DNA of 61,566 bases, filler included, from Bipalium vagum (lineage: Eukaryota): NCBI GenBank assembly GCA_037834085.1. It is 3 parts of 3 records of this genome, joined end to end, with 100 filler letters (N's around TTAATTAATTAA, not from the genome) between each part and the next. Parts side by side here need not be neighbours in the genome. Positions count along the whole stretch, not along the records: positions 1 to 16,831 come from JBBMKC010091296.1; 2 more parts are not named here. The stretch is one strand, 5' to 3'. Below, piece after piece: positions 1 through 13,759 of the stretch. Numbering within the stretch: position 1 is the stretch's first letter; each line of letters starts with the position of its first letter. The notes under the pieces are model-generated. The model saw nothing but the letters and a program-made list of their open reading frames with translations, was not told the DNA's origin and ran no database searches. The translations under genes and the position numbers were made by a program.

Positions 1-610
1 GGCAATAGCTATCTCCAAATGAATCAGCTCTTTCGTATCCTAAACTCCGAAGATTTGACAAAAAGGTTATGATTTCCTTTTTTTGAAACTGTGACGATAT
101 GTTGTTTTTTGAACTTCTCTCAGATGGTCAAAGTATAACCTCGGACACTTACTCATCACAACTGAAAAATCTACATGATGTTATGAAAGTAAAGTATCCT
201 TATTTAATCAACCGGAAAAGAGTTTTGCTACAAGCGGATAATGCTTAACCGCATAACTCGCGGAAATCAATGGAAACCCTAAAAAATATTGACGGAATTG
301 AACTCTTACCGCATCCGCCTTACTCGTCTGACATTCTAGCCTCTGACTTTCATCTGTTTCGTTCCATGGCACATTTTCTCAAAGGTCGGCGGTTTGAAAA
401 TAATGAAAACCTTCAGAAGAACCTCCAACTTTTCTTCGACTTCAAACCATCGGATTGGTACAAAAGTGGGATCCAAAAAATTGCAGAACGTTGGGCCCTT
501 GTTTGTGCAAATGATGGATATTATTTTAGTAACTGATATTTGTTTTGTGCAATAAAATTTTTAAAAAGAATTTTTTATTCAAAACGCTCATTTTTTATAG
601 GACCCCCTAA
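1..610 (+). mobile_element. mariner (DD34D) transposase remnant, 3' half with right TIR
   Basis: Translation gives KKVMISFF*, LLQADNA*PH and HPPYSSDILASDFHLFRSM (degenerate YSPDLAPxD), with in-frame stops. Ends in a TIR-like ...ataggaccccctaa followed by TA. Confidence 0.9.
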
Positions 611-859
611 TAATAATTATTATTATTTTATTAAACAAATTATATTTTAAAAATATATAAAAAAAATTTGTATTTAAAATAAAAATGAAAATTATAAATA
701 ACTACAAATAGATATTAGAGTAAATAAAATACAGAAAGAAAAGTTTTTTGTTTAAGTGCATCAAATTATTACAATTTGACGAGGTATAATTAAATTTATT
801 GTTAATTACATTTTATTGTATATCTATCTTTTATATTAACAATATTATTGCGTTATCAT

Positions 860-1530
860 TTTTTTAAGAAGTTGAATTCGTATTGATGTGTGGTCGAGAT
901 GGTACTACAAATAGATCTGTAGCTGACAGATTTAATCAAACTCATCCTGATCAAAACCATGTCTCTCAAAAAGCAATTGGACGATTGCTGACTAAATTTC
1001 GAAAAGCTGGCAATGTCATAGACAAGCCAAAGAGAGGACGGCCCCGAATTCTTGAAAAAACGCGGATGCTTGTCATTCAAAAAAATCAGAAAAGCCAAAT
1101 GAAATCCGTGCGGAGATCTTCATTGGAGCTTGCCGTTCCAAGAAGCTCGGTGCGGCAAATTATCAAATCTGAAGGTTTCCATGCATATGAACTTCATTAT
1201 TTGTTCAAGCTATACGAAAATAACCCTGATCGACGGCTGAAATGATTAGTTGGTTTAAAAATCAATTAAATAGGAACCCCATGTTTGTAGAAGACAACGT
1301 GTTGTTTAGTGAGGAAACTAATTTCTTTGTGAACGGTGAAGTCAACAAGCAAAACTGCCGCTATTATTCAGTCGAAAATTCACATTAGACAGATGCTAGT
1401 AAGAAACACTCAAGTTCAAAATTTATGGTATTGTGCGGAATATGGAGAAATCATATCTTAGGTCCTTTCTTTTTCTGTGAGACGTTAACCGGTGGGGTAT
1501 ACCTAAACATGCTTCAAGGACCTCTGAGCC
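860..1530 (+). mobile_element. rosa/DD41D-like Tc1-mariner transposase remnant (5' part)
   Basis: HTH region with KPKRGRPR, then VLFSEETNFFVNGEVNKQNCRYYS, resembling the FSDEAHFxLxGxVNKQNCR motif of rosa-like elements. Contains stops. Confidence 0.75.
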
Positions 1531-2349
1531 TAAGTATGAGAAAATTTTTCATAAATAATAATTACAATTAACAAAATCAGATTTATCAGTCAGAATCGAT
1601 ATCACCCATTTGTAATAATAAACTTTATTTTGAACCAAAATAAAAGTATTAGAAGCCTAATCGCTCTCTTAGTTAATTTTAATAAATCAAGCCAAACACA
1701 TTCATCAGCAACCTTCAACCGTTAAAGCCTAAGTATTACAGTAAGCTCCACTTTTAACTTCAACTTATCTCATCTCTTAGGATCGTAACAATTCATTAAA
1801 AAAATATTAATATTGTAAATATTAATAATATTTACCAATGGATTTTTTAGTACTAAAGATTCCTTTTAACTAAATACTCGAACCTTCTTTCGAGGTTCAA
1901 ATAACTTTTTACTGTTTCTCCTTCATTGCTTCTTGTTTTAACAGTTTATATAGACGTTAACTGGTGAATTGCTGAGGGCTTTTGCGCACTAAGCTTAGTT
2001 TGTGCCAAAAGATTTTCTTTAACTGTGATTAATCCCTTAAATCAAAAAAATGTAAAAATAATAATTTCAAATAACAATTATAAAACATTTGTGTTCTTTT
2101 AGTTATTTTAAATTTTCGTTATCGATTAAGTTTAACACTGTGACAATACAATTTTATATTTTGAAATTTTGTTTTAACGTTCATCCGTAAGTCCTTCTGA
2201 TCACAATAACTCTTGTTATGTTACCTAAGTCCAATTTCGATATTTTTAAACAAATATTTTTTTTACCACAAATTTCAATTAACTTAGCATAAGTTTACTG
2301 AAAGTAAATTATTTTGAAAATTTAAACTTTAACAATGTCATCTATTATA

Positions 2350-3308
2350 CAGTACATTAACTAACACCATGAACAAAAAATTATGAAGATAATTTTTATG
2401 TATTTGGGCAAACGAATTCCATTTTCTCACATAAGATACAAATACAATAAACATCAGCAAATACTATTTGAGTCTTTAATAATTGAAGGAACCATCTTTA
2501 ACCTGAAAAACCCCTCAAGTCTTGGTGGCATGGAGCAGACTATATTAGGTAACATTGATTTGAGATCTGATTACATAAAGTTTCCAAGATATGCAGCTTC
2601 AATTGGTCTTCATTATGGATGAAGGGCTTCTTCAGCAGCTGTAACGATGATACTTGGACATAAAATACCTTTAAATACCAGCAAGTTTTGCACTTTTCGT
2701 TAGATTTCATAAATCTTAACCTGGTGTAGTTATTTGAAGTGAATGTTCACTAAAGAACAACACTATCAGAAGGATTAACTGTAGGGGAAAATATATATTT
2801 CCTATGGATAGGAAATATTCAAGTATCATAGTTACAGCAGCAGTGTTTTAAAAATAAGGATTCATGGATTCTCTTTCAAAATTGTGCTTCGTGTCAAAGA
2901 AGTCAGGAGGTGAAAGATTGCATGGTGATAAAAGGGTGGAATGTGCTAGACTTTCCTTCACAAAGCCAAGATTTAAATCCAATAGAAAATCTATGGGTAT
3001 CAATTGAAATGACTGCTGAAGAAGTCCTTCATCCATAATGCAGACCAATTGAAGCTGCATATCTCAGAAGATTTATGTACTCATATACCAAAACAAAAGT
3101 TATATAATCTATCTTGTTCCATGCCATCAAGATTTGCGGAAGTTATCAAGGCTAAATGAAGTTCCATCAATTATTAAAGAACAAAATAGTATTTGTTCAT
3201 GTTTTTTCTATTATAATTGGATCTTTATGTTAAAAATAAGGAATTTATTTGCCATAATACATGATTTACCTTCATAATTTTTAATTCACAGTATTAGTTA
3301 GCGTATTG
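2350..3308. mobile_element. non-autonomous Tc1-derived element with ~290 bp inverted arms
   Basis: Left terminus is TA-CAGT... and the right terminus is its degenerate reverse complement followed by TA. 2350-2640 is a diverged reverse complement of 3013-3308. The + strand encodes a Tc1 C-terminus (PDLNPIENLW...SMPSRFAEVIKAK). Confidence 0.8.
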
Positions 3309-3514
3309 TATAACCATATAATTATTATATATTATTGAATTCCTTTGTTCCAAAATATAAAATTTTTAATTAAATAACTTCCAAAAATTTAATAAAGTTA
3401 GTTTTTTACATAAAAAATATATAAAAACATTTCCATAAAGTTTCTTGTTTTAATATATTAATAGAAAATCTTCTATAGAATTGAAAAATAGAAAAAATAT
3501 TAAATTTATTATTA

Positions 3515-6500
3515 ATGTTTCTGTTTATTGTCGCCTCTTCCAGTTTTACATTTTTTATTATTTCATCCAAACTAATCAAATACTATTTTAAACCAACTAA
3601 CATCAACCACTTGAAATTAGCTGAATGTGAAAATTACATTATCTCATTAACGCATGCAATTGTTTCTTCAATTAGTGCCATATTTGTGTAAAATTTTACA
3701 GTATTCTTTTGCATTAAAAGGTATAATTATTTTAGAATTTTGAACTTTGAAAATATTCGCAATGACTTCAAAGCTCGTAATCTTTATGCAGAGAGTCTGT
3801 TGTCATTTTCATTAGGTATTTTAATTTATAATTAATTTTTTTTAAATTATAATTTTTTAGGTTATTTCATTTACGATACAGTTAATTTGTTACAGAAAGA
3901 CATTAGAAAAGAGCGTTTGTTCATCATTTTCCATCATATTTCAGTAAGATATACTTTTTTTGTCAATAAAGCACCGATAATAAACCTCATCACAAACTAT
4001 CATTAAAAATTTCGTACAGTTCGCAAAATGTAAGAAGGCTGTTTTATGATACTCAATCAATTATTTTAATTTTCGATTTTCGGCTTTGATTCATAATCAA
4101 TAATATTTCCTAAAGGATTTCGAAGTCAGTAAAATCGATCTTCGAATTATTCTAAAAATTATTTTCTTTTCACTTATCGATTTATCACCTTGTCTCTTAG
4201 AAAGTCGATTCAATAAAATCAATTACAGTTTACTTATAGTTCTTTATATTTTCTGAAGCCTTGTTAACTTCCTTTTTAGTCCTAACCTCTCTTTATATGC
4301 CAGTCTGGTTATAATTTTGTGTTATTGTTACTCTGAATTAGCTTGCTGACATGTTTTCCATACTTTCCATACTTCCATATTTTCAAATCGATCTCAGAAA
4401 AATAATTCTGATATGAATTTTAGATTTTAACGATCTATATTTTCCCATTTGGTGATCGATTAATGTATATTGATTAATCTTCGGTCATCGATTTTTTTTT
4501 ATCGATCATAGTACGATTTTAAAATCGCAGAGACCTTGATCTCTTTTTTGGACAAGTAGTTATCAATGGACATTGTCCTTGCCAATTAATTTCCTGACCG
4601 ATTTCTTGATATTTGAGAACGGAACTTGTTTAATCAAGATTTTCAATTAAGTAGCTACAGTTCAAATGGTAAAAAAATTTCATTTATAATTATTTTTATT
4701 AATTTTTTTCATCATTGAAAGCTTTTCGTGATTGGTTCAATTATATTTGTGATATTCATATGGTCTTTAATACGTTCACCGAAAATTTTAATTCTTAATT
4801 TTTGTAAATATTTCAAATAGTCTGTTAAATTTGAGTCTCTGTTAATGTCTTAGGTAATATTAGCTCTGGTGATTGCACTCACCCATCAGATCTATGTTTC
4901 ATTTTCTCTTCACGGCATGGTAGTGGAAATGAACAATGTCTTTTTGCATATCAGGAAAATTATGCGCTGTTATAACGTTAACAAGGCCAATTACCTTTAT
5001 TCTTTGAATGTTGTCTGTATTCTAAGTGAGTTGTTTTTAATCAAATCAATAATGATGTTCAATTACAAAATTTAATCAATATTAATAATAATTGATAATA
5101 GTAAAATAATAATAGAAATCAACAAATAAAATAACCGTGATAGAAGTAATTATAACGATTTTAGTCAGGCCATGGATACTTTTAATTTTAAAAATTTAAT
5201 ATAAATATTTCAATTAAGTACATTTCAATACCATAGATACTCGAGTTTAACGTTACCTTAGGAATATGCCATTGATAAAAATTATTCATGAAATTAAATA
5301 AGTTCAAAATACGATTACAACACATCTGCTAATTTCCAAGAGTGATTTATTCTAGACCAGGTAGTAAAAAAGTAACACGAGTCGCCGTGGCCATCAGCCA
5401 AGGGTTTTTAAAGTTAATCATTACATCAGATGAAAATGGATATTTTATGAAAACAATAACTGAAAGCGACAGTGATTAAGTCCTGATCACCCCCTGAGAC
5501 CAATGCATAAAAGGAGTATTCATGGAAAAATAGTCTGATGGAATAGTCAGAGATTGGTCTATTTTGAGATGCTGTAAAAGAATCAGACGGTTTATATTGG
5601 ATCTATACTCACAACAATTAAGTCGTGTGGACTAAGCACTGAGCATCCAGAGTACCAATACAAAACTGATAAGAATCTTCCATAATAATGCCAGGCCAAA
5701 CATTGGGAACGTCTCTCAGAAGAAAATTGAGGAATTTCAATGGCAAGTTCTTCTTGCCATTCACCATACAGTCCGGACCTTACCATCTGAATAATATATG
5801 TTCTGGTTCATGCAGAATGTTTTAGCTGGAAAGAAATTTAAAACCCGAGATGAGATCGAAATTTTTGTAACCAATTTCGCCTCAGACCGATTTCTTTAAG
5901 AAGGGCATTTATTCTTTACTGGAACGTGGGGGACATATTATTGATCTTTGTGGAGTTTTATATTACAGTAATATTTTAGTGTTGTTTTAATAACAAATAT
6001 TTTTTTTGACAAAATTCGAAATTTCTAATCCGACAATCTGATATATGGCTTTTAGCTTAAATATTTTCTTGTTCAATTTGATGATTAAATTATCAATTTT
6101 AAATAATGATTTTCATTATTATTTTCAATAAATAATTTGCACTAAAAATATTTTCACTTTATTAAAGTGATAACAATAAAAAATGTCAATAATCACCAGA
6201 TTTTGTGAAATTCTTAATAATCCAATAGTCGAATTAAACAATAGCATTCAAAATTAGAAAAATGTACTTAACTCATTCATAAAATTATCTCAGTTTATCC
6301 ATTGATTATGAATCAATATTATCTCCTTTAATCATTTTATCCCTGTTTTACAAATATAGAATATTATTTACCCAGAAATAGTCACACACGAATAATTCAT
6401 AATTAAATAATATAATTAATATCAAACTTCTTGTGAACTTTAATAATAATCAAATGGGTCTTTATTAATTCAAACAATGTTATACAGTGTTTTCACATTA

Positions 6501-8114
6501 TATACATTAATTAAATATCGATAATTAAGTGCTTGTGTATTGTTAGCTACGGTTACCACAGTTTCATTTTTGATATTTATCATTTGCCATATTTTTTGCT
6601 GTTTTCAAATGTGGACTATTATTATAGTTCATTTTTCAATTTTACAATTATTATTTCTATCATCTCTATCAAATATAAATGACACTTGGTTTTCACATCA
6701 CAATAATTCTATGGTTTTAGAAATGATAGACCAATGTATATTATAGAGAAAAACCGTAACCATCAAATCTAATTACTAATTTGGTCACGACTTCTTTTGC
6801 TCTTATTTTGTGATTTTGAGAAGTTTTTCACCAATGAATTTACAATTATTTTTCTGTGGATTTAATTTGTCATAAATTTGAAAATAAAATAAATAATAAA
6901 AATAAATTAGAATCAGAAATAAGTAAATGTAAATTTTTAACGTTAAAGTTTCTGTCATCATGCTTATTTCACAAAACATCATAAGTAATAATGAAAAACT
7001 TTTAATCGTAACCATTTTGTGGGAGAACTGGAAATTGGGAACTTATTTATCTTCTAATATTCTGTCTATAACAGAAATTTTATTGATCCGGAAACTGGAC
7101 CACGCCCTTTGTATAAATAGAGCTAATATTAAAACTTATTCATGAATCGATAATGAAAAACTCAAAAATTATAGATAAATTTGTTGAACAATAAATAAAA
7201 AAGTACAAAGAGATTGAAAGTATTTTTCAATAATTTTTGGACAAAGAAGAGTTGAGAAAAGTATTTTAAAGTTGATAAATAAATGAAGAGCGGTTCACTT
7301 AAAACTAATAACTTTTGATAATAAAATACTTGATTAAAATAAAATATTATCATTTACATCAGTCACTTACCAAATTGGAATGTCATATAATTTATTTTGG
7401 TTCTTTGAAGCTGTTTTTATTCTGATGATATTGAGGGTTTTAAAAAAATAATCAACCTTAACTACGTCTACTGGCGATCTGAAAGTATTTTAGAATATTG
7501 TCCGATAAATCGTAGTAAGAACAATACATTGATGAAATTATACAGCACTTATAAAATATAATAGTTTAAATTTTCAAAGAAATAATTTGAAACAATCAAG
7601 AAATCATTATTAAAGCTGATTTGACATTTTACGGGGTGTTTCATAAACAGTGAAAATGAATTTTGATCGTAATTTCCAGGACCCAAAAAAGTCAAATAAT
7701 TAATTGTATATAAACATCTGAGACATTGTGTATTTTAATCACTGCCTACTTCAAAATAAGTGCAAATCAATATTAATTAGTAATAGTAATAGTAATCGAT
7801 AAAGTAATAATTTATATAAATTAATATTATTAATAGATATGAAAAATTCATCTCAGAAAAATAAATGTTGGTTATGTTTTGAATTAATTATGTTCTTTTA
7901 TTTTCTAGTCACCTTTATCATTATGAGATGGGGCTTGTTAACACCGTTATCCATTTATTTACTCAGAGAAGTGCTAAACGAGAAGCTGGTTGTGATAATA
8001 ATATGCTATCCAGCTTTCATAGGGTTTCTTATTCTCAATGTCTATATGTCGTATTTGTTGTTGTTTAAAACGGAATTGTGGTATTGCTTGAATCCGAAAA
8101 ATTGGATATATTAA
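3515..8114 (+). CDS. TLC (TRAM/LAG1/CLN8) domain membrane protein, TLCD1/2-like; 5 exons: 3515-3687, 3736-3815, 3861-3943, 4854-5025, 7909-8114
   Basis: GT-AG introns with compatible phases. The spliced protein has HAIVSS, SLGYFIYD, IFHH, EMNNVFLHIRKIM and TFIIMR motifs typical of TLC domains, plus several hydrophobic helices. Confidence 0.88.
5380..6041 (+). mobile_element. decayed mariner in intron 4 of the TLC gene
   Basis: IITSDE/WIFYEN and HSPYSPDL motifs with frameshifts. 3' TIR-like ...aatccgacaatctga followed by TA. Confidence 0.8.
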
Positions 8115-9899
8115 TGGGAAAATATTCGGGAATTATTTTCCAAAATAGATCTGTCACAAATGATGTTGCGATTGTATTTTTGAAGTAATTTTTCTTTTGT
8201 ATCGTTTTGGATTGTAGTTTTGATATCGAGACGATTTGAAATTATTTCATGTTTCGCAGCCTGGGAAACAGTTTCAATAGCGCTGACATTGCTCAGACAT
8301 TTTCTTCTATTGTCTTTTAGAATAAATTATAAAATTAATTTTTACATTTTGTTACTTTATTTTCTTCAATGAAATATAACCTTAACTTTAGTTCAAAACC
8401 TTTCTAATTCCTTACTTCTTAACTATCGTAACTCAATCAAAACAATCACAGAAAATCACAATAAATGTTCGAAATTAACAAAAATTGCATTATAAAAGTA
8501 ACCGAAAATCACTTTGATCAAATGTGTGAAGGTCAATCAAATGTTAATAAAATAAGAATAAAATGTTAATTATATAAAAATTAAACCAAAAAACGCAATA
8601 AAAAATTCTATCAATCTGAGCGACAACAGGTTCCCGGGTCGTCCTCTAGATCCTGTTCGGTCCCAAACCCGACGAGAGACATTTAGAAATCCTGCTGCAA
8701 ATTAGTCATAACAATAAGAATATTTACTATGATTCTCCAACGTTTGAAACATCTGAAACAAAAAAATCTTTCTCACACTGGTTCCAAATAAACCAATCTT
8801 CCAATTGATTTCCCCGAATAAATAATAAATAAACACAAAATCTTTTCTGCGAAATTTTTGTTGAACAAATTTCTGGAGATAATCTCCGTCTTATGTAATC
8901 TACGATCACCAACCTCTATGTTTAGATGGTTATTTAAATTAATAATAATATTATGTCCAAGAGATCTAACTTATTTAAATCAATTAATTACTTTTTTTAT
9001 TATTGATAATTTTGTTTTAATTTTATATTGGAAATTACTTTAAAATTGTTACTATAACAAGAGTCACTTGTTTACTTGTAAATTTCACTATCTAAATATT
9101 TGCACTTATTTTTATTTTTAAGACTAATCTTGTGAGCTTAATGTGCTAATCTATTACAATTTTATTTGTTATGATTTTCGGAGCTTAAACCTTAAAACAA
9201 GATGAACTAAGAACTAAGTGTAATGTTATAATAATTTTTAATCAATTACTTAGCAATAGGTTTGAGATGAGAGTTTTAATGGTGTGATCAATAAAATTTG
9301 TTATCAACAATAAAATTTTTAATCAACAATAACAATTTTAAATAACGAAAATTAAGATTTTTCAAATATATATTCGTAGGTCAGTCGAAAAGTTTCAGGA
9401 ATGACTGCCCCTGGTATTTTATGTTAAATGTATTGTAACATATTTTTTCAAAAGACTTTTTTTTAATATAATACAATATTTTATTTGAATTCTTTTTCGA
9501 AGAAAAGATTGAAGCACTGCAATCGGTAATCGATAGACCTCAGTATAAAAAATCAGATCAACACTCTGCTAAGTATGTGATTGAAAATTAAAAAGGAAGA
9601 GAAAAATAGCTAAAATAATTTTCTTGATTTATAGGTAGTATAAAAATAAAAAAATTACCATTCCGATACCCTTTAAAAATAGACACTTTCTAACAATTCT
9701 TCATTTCTAAAATACTTTCATAATTAATGAATGAACAGTCAAAAAATAATTGAGAAACTGCTGATTTCATTCCAAGCCTTTTATTTTTGATGGTTTTACC
9801 CACAACCCTTTACATAATTATATATTATGTTACAATCTTTTCTTTAGGTACAACATATACAAATTTCCGAGTCGTTTGAAAAGATGTTTAAATGAACTT

Positions 9900-10600
9900 C
9901 TAATTATTGATTTCAGGATTTCGTTCCAAACTAGAACAACTAAACAAGACACATTTTTCTAACTGATATCTGTAAATGATGAAAAAACTCCATTATTGAT
10001 GCCAAAAGCTGCAATTGTTTTGTCTACATGTTCACAATGGCGCTGTTTAAGCGATTTGATTACATTGTGATTTACCGGTTGTAACTATGGCGTGTTTTCA
10101 GGTGGGAAGAAAAGAGCTTGAAAATTTAGTTTATCAGCAAACATTATTTCATTACCATGACATGTTGCATTATTCACTAATACAAGTTCTGTAACGGGAA
10201 CTTGCAAAATTTCGACTGCAAAATATGAAAAAACTCTAGGGATAAATATATACTTAAGCATTCTTTGAAGAGTGAACAGGGTTTTCGAGCATTTTTTATA
10301 ATAAAATGACAATTGCAATTTTTAAATCAACATGGAGATTTCGATTTCCATATTATCATCAAATCACGCTTATGAGTACCCATTGCATTTGTGGATAGAA
10401 TCACTCTTTCTTTTATAGCTTTCCCTCCATATATTGTCTTTTCAACGATTGCGAATTTAGTTTGTTATCTAAACTTTTATAATAAGACCTTTTTCATCAG
10501 TGCTATGATTGTAAATATAATAAACATATTTAAAAGAAAAGGTATTGACAAAAGAATATTAATTAAGGGTGCCAGAAAACATCTGTGAGGCGTGATTATG
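9900..10600 (-). mobile_element. pogo/Tigger-like (DDE_1) transposase remnant
   Basis: Minus strand reads STDEKGL, LVLVNNATCH and FFPPENTP*LQPVNHNVIKSLKQ, matching the pogo DNAxxH and FLPPNTTxxLQPxD motifs. Confidence 0.75.
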
Positions 10601-10839
10601 AGAATAAATATAATGAAACTAAATTAAAATATTTTTCAACCATATACTGTAGAGACTGAATTAATAGGGATACTAATTAAATTAGTGTTATTATTTCTTT
10701 AATTATGTATTACAAAATTTGAGTATATTTATTTTTTCTATATTTGTTTGGTTCAAGTAATTGTGTTTTTAAAATCTATAATTAAATTACATTTTCAAAT
10801 TTTGTAGCTTGAATTTCTTTGAAAATCGATATTAAAATA

Positions 10840-11265
10840 GAAAAACGTGCTGGAGTGAACGGTTTGTTTGATGATGGCTTATCACAGATGGATACTCAAT
10901 ACAAGTTAAAAATGTCTGACAACCATTAATCACTTCGTGATATTTTACAAGAAAATTGGGTCAATAAAAGCTCGATGAATTTGAGAAGAATGGAAGAAAA
11001 CCAAGGCTTTCCAGACCAGATATTAGAAAAGCAATTCATTACAGCAAAGCAAATCCTCAGTGGACAGTTAAAGACCTTTTAGCGAATAATCTAGGGTTGC
11101 CCATCATTTCTAAAAGGTACATGAAGGACGTATTTATTAAAGAAGATTGCACTTGCATCGAATTGTCATAAACAATTTTTGCCATGTGATCACATTTTGC
11201 AGCAGAAGAAGTCGGTAAAGTAATTTAAAAATTGGACTGAACTAGATTGGCGAAAGGTCATCAAG
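10840..11265 (+). mobile_element. Tc1-like transposase 5' remnant
   Basis: NGRKPRLSR (GRPR-like linker) and WTELDWRKVI, frameshifted. Confidence 0.6.
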
Positions 11266-12340
11266 GGCACACCAATACACTCCGGTTTTTTCCTTTCAAT
11301 TTTCTTATTTACTGCAACTGATTTCCTGCCAGAATCTTTTCCCATCTGAATAGAAAGGGTTTTCTTATATGTTAGTAAAACATTTAGAACTGCTGATCAA
11401 GGTATTTTCAATTATTTCACTGTTACATTGTGAATTAAAATCCATTAAATATGAGTTAGCAGAGATCCTGTGATTCTTTCCTTTTAATATACAAGCGTAA
11501 AACTTGAATTCTATATAAACAAGATTATTACCATCAAAATAATTCTCTTTCACATCATACATTTTATTCTTATCATTACAGCACTTATGTCGCATATAGT
11601 TTTTGTACAATAAATAAATTTTCATGAAAATTGTAAAAAATGCAAATCAATTATTGCACGATTTTGCAGACTAAAATCAAGAACATTAAAAAATCGATAT
11701 CACTGAAATTTATTTTAAAATATTAATAATAAAAAATTACAATGAACAATAAATATTTAACATGACTCGTTAAAAAAATTGGATTTTTTATCGTTCTCGT
11801 ACGTCCAAAGTGAGGTTTGTTTTAATTTGTTAATTTAATCAGTTATAACTAATACATAATTATCTATTTAAACTAGATAAACAAAAGTGACCCTGGGGTA
11901 TGAGAACGGAATTTTAACCATAAAATTAAAATAAAGTTACAATAAAAATAAAATGACTTACTTCATACTCATATAGAAGAAAATTAAGAAATAAAATCGA
12001 TCCCAACTATTGAAGAATTCATTCCATATTGATTGCCAACGAAAAGTGTAATAGCAGCACATAGAGATTGTGATTAGCACAGAGAACGAAGTAGAGAAGG
12101 AACAAAGCTTTCCACCCCACAATGAACTAATGGATGGCATTTGGAAACATTTGGAATCACATCTCAAAAAATATCATTCAGATATCATTAGTTTTTTTAT
12201 AAAAATATACTTGTAAATTTAATTTAAAAAATTAACTTCTCAATGGATTAAAATTTAATAAAAGAGCAACTAAGGTCTTTGATAAAGGTTTTTATTGACT
12301 GATCAGATGTTTGGGTTAATAATAATGAAAGGAATGTGGG

Positions 12341-12851
12341 TTATTTACCGGTTGATAATATTAAAGCAACAATTAGACCATAGAGACCCAAGACCTCTGC
12401 GAAAATCAAAATCAGAATCATTCCCACAAATAGACGGGGTTGTTGGGCCTGACCACGCACTCCTGCATTACCAACAACACCAATTGCAAATCCCGATGCT
12501 AATCCGCTAAGACCCACACTCAATCCAGCTCCAAGTTGTTTTAGGGACCTGATCATTGTGTAATTATCGTCAATCGATTGAGCAATAAGAACCGCCACCA
12601 CAAGTCCATATATAGCTATAATACCAGCCATTACAACTGGTATAATAGACTTCATAATTAATTCTGGTCTCAACACTCCCATCGAAGCAATACCAGTTCC
12701 TGACTTCGCAGTACCATAAGCAGCACCAAGGGCTACAGATTATATTATTATACAATTAAAATGACAAAATATTCTTACTACAAAACACCATGGCAGAGGT
12801 TGCACCCATTATGCCGAAGAAGGGAGTATAAATAGGTTGTTCAGGTGACAT
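12341..12851 (-). CDS. ATP6V0C: V-type H+-ATPase 16 kDa proteolipid subunit c; exons 12851-12779 and 12732-12341; 154 aa
   Basis: [24 protein letters not shown]|[12 protein letters not shown]...[23 protein letters not shown]...[26 protein letters not shown]. One 46-nt GT-AG intron. The proton-carrying Glu is retained. Confidence 0.98.
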
Positions 12852-13759
12852 TTAGATTTATTATTAAGAATTTTGGTTCTAAGCTCGAAATTAACTAAAT
12901 TAGTGAAACAAATATTAATAAATTTATTTTTAAAAAAATTAAAAAATGCGGAATATATTTTAAATGAGGAACATAATCAATAAAATAAAAAAATTAAATT
13001 ATTTATGAAGATAATTAAAATAAAATAATTTTAAGTTAAAGTTTACTAAATATCAAGTCATGGCCACGGTTTATTTGTAAACTTTATTAATATTGAGACT
13101 AGCGCATGTGCATCCTTACAGGTAAACTAATGACATGTATAATAAAATTTTTGAAATAAACAAATTTAATTCGAGAAAATCTTTATATATTTATTATTAT
13201 TATATTACGTACTTTATGTTTCTATAAGTCATTTTAAACCTCTTAGTATGTCAAAAATATATAAAGCTTTATTTTATTGATTTTCCTTATAATAATAACA
13301 GGAAATATTTCTCCTTAACATTCGTCCGAATGTTTGTTAAAAGAATTTATGATGTTCTCAGAAACTGATTTTCTATTCTGTTTCAAAATACACGTTTATC
13401 GTCCTTGATAAACTTTCTTAACTTATTTATGTTAAAGTTTAAAAAAAAGAAATTTCTTTTCGCTCAGAGATCCTCAGTGAAGAAAATCAATTCGCATCAA
13501 CACCCTAATTAGTGTGTGAGATAATAAAATTAAAAGAAAGAAATGGAGAATAACAAAAAAAGTAACAGGTACGATTAAAACAATATAATTAAACTTAATT
13601 TTTTTTCATAAAAATGTTCGAATTGTATTAAAATAATCGTAAACACGTTCAATTTATAGTCCAATGTGATCAAGTGATTCTCCAAAAAATATATATGACA
13701 TTTTAAATTTAATTTAGACTCTTTTAATTTTGCCTATCTTCAAATTACAAACTGTAAAA

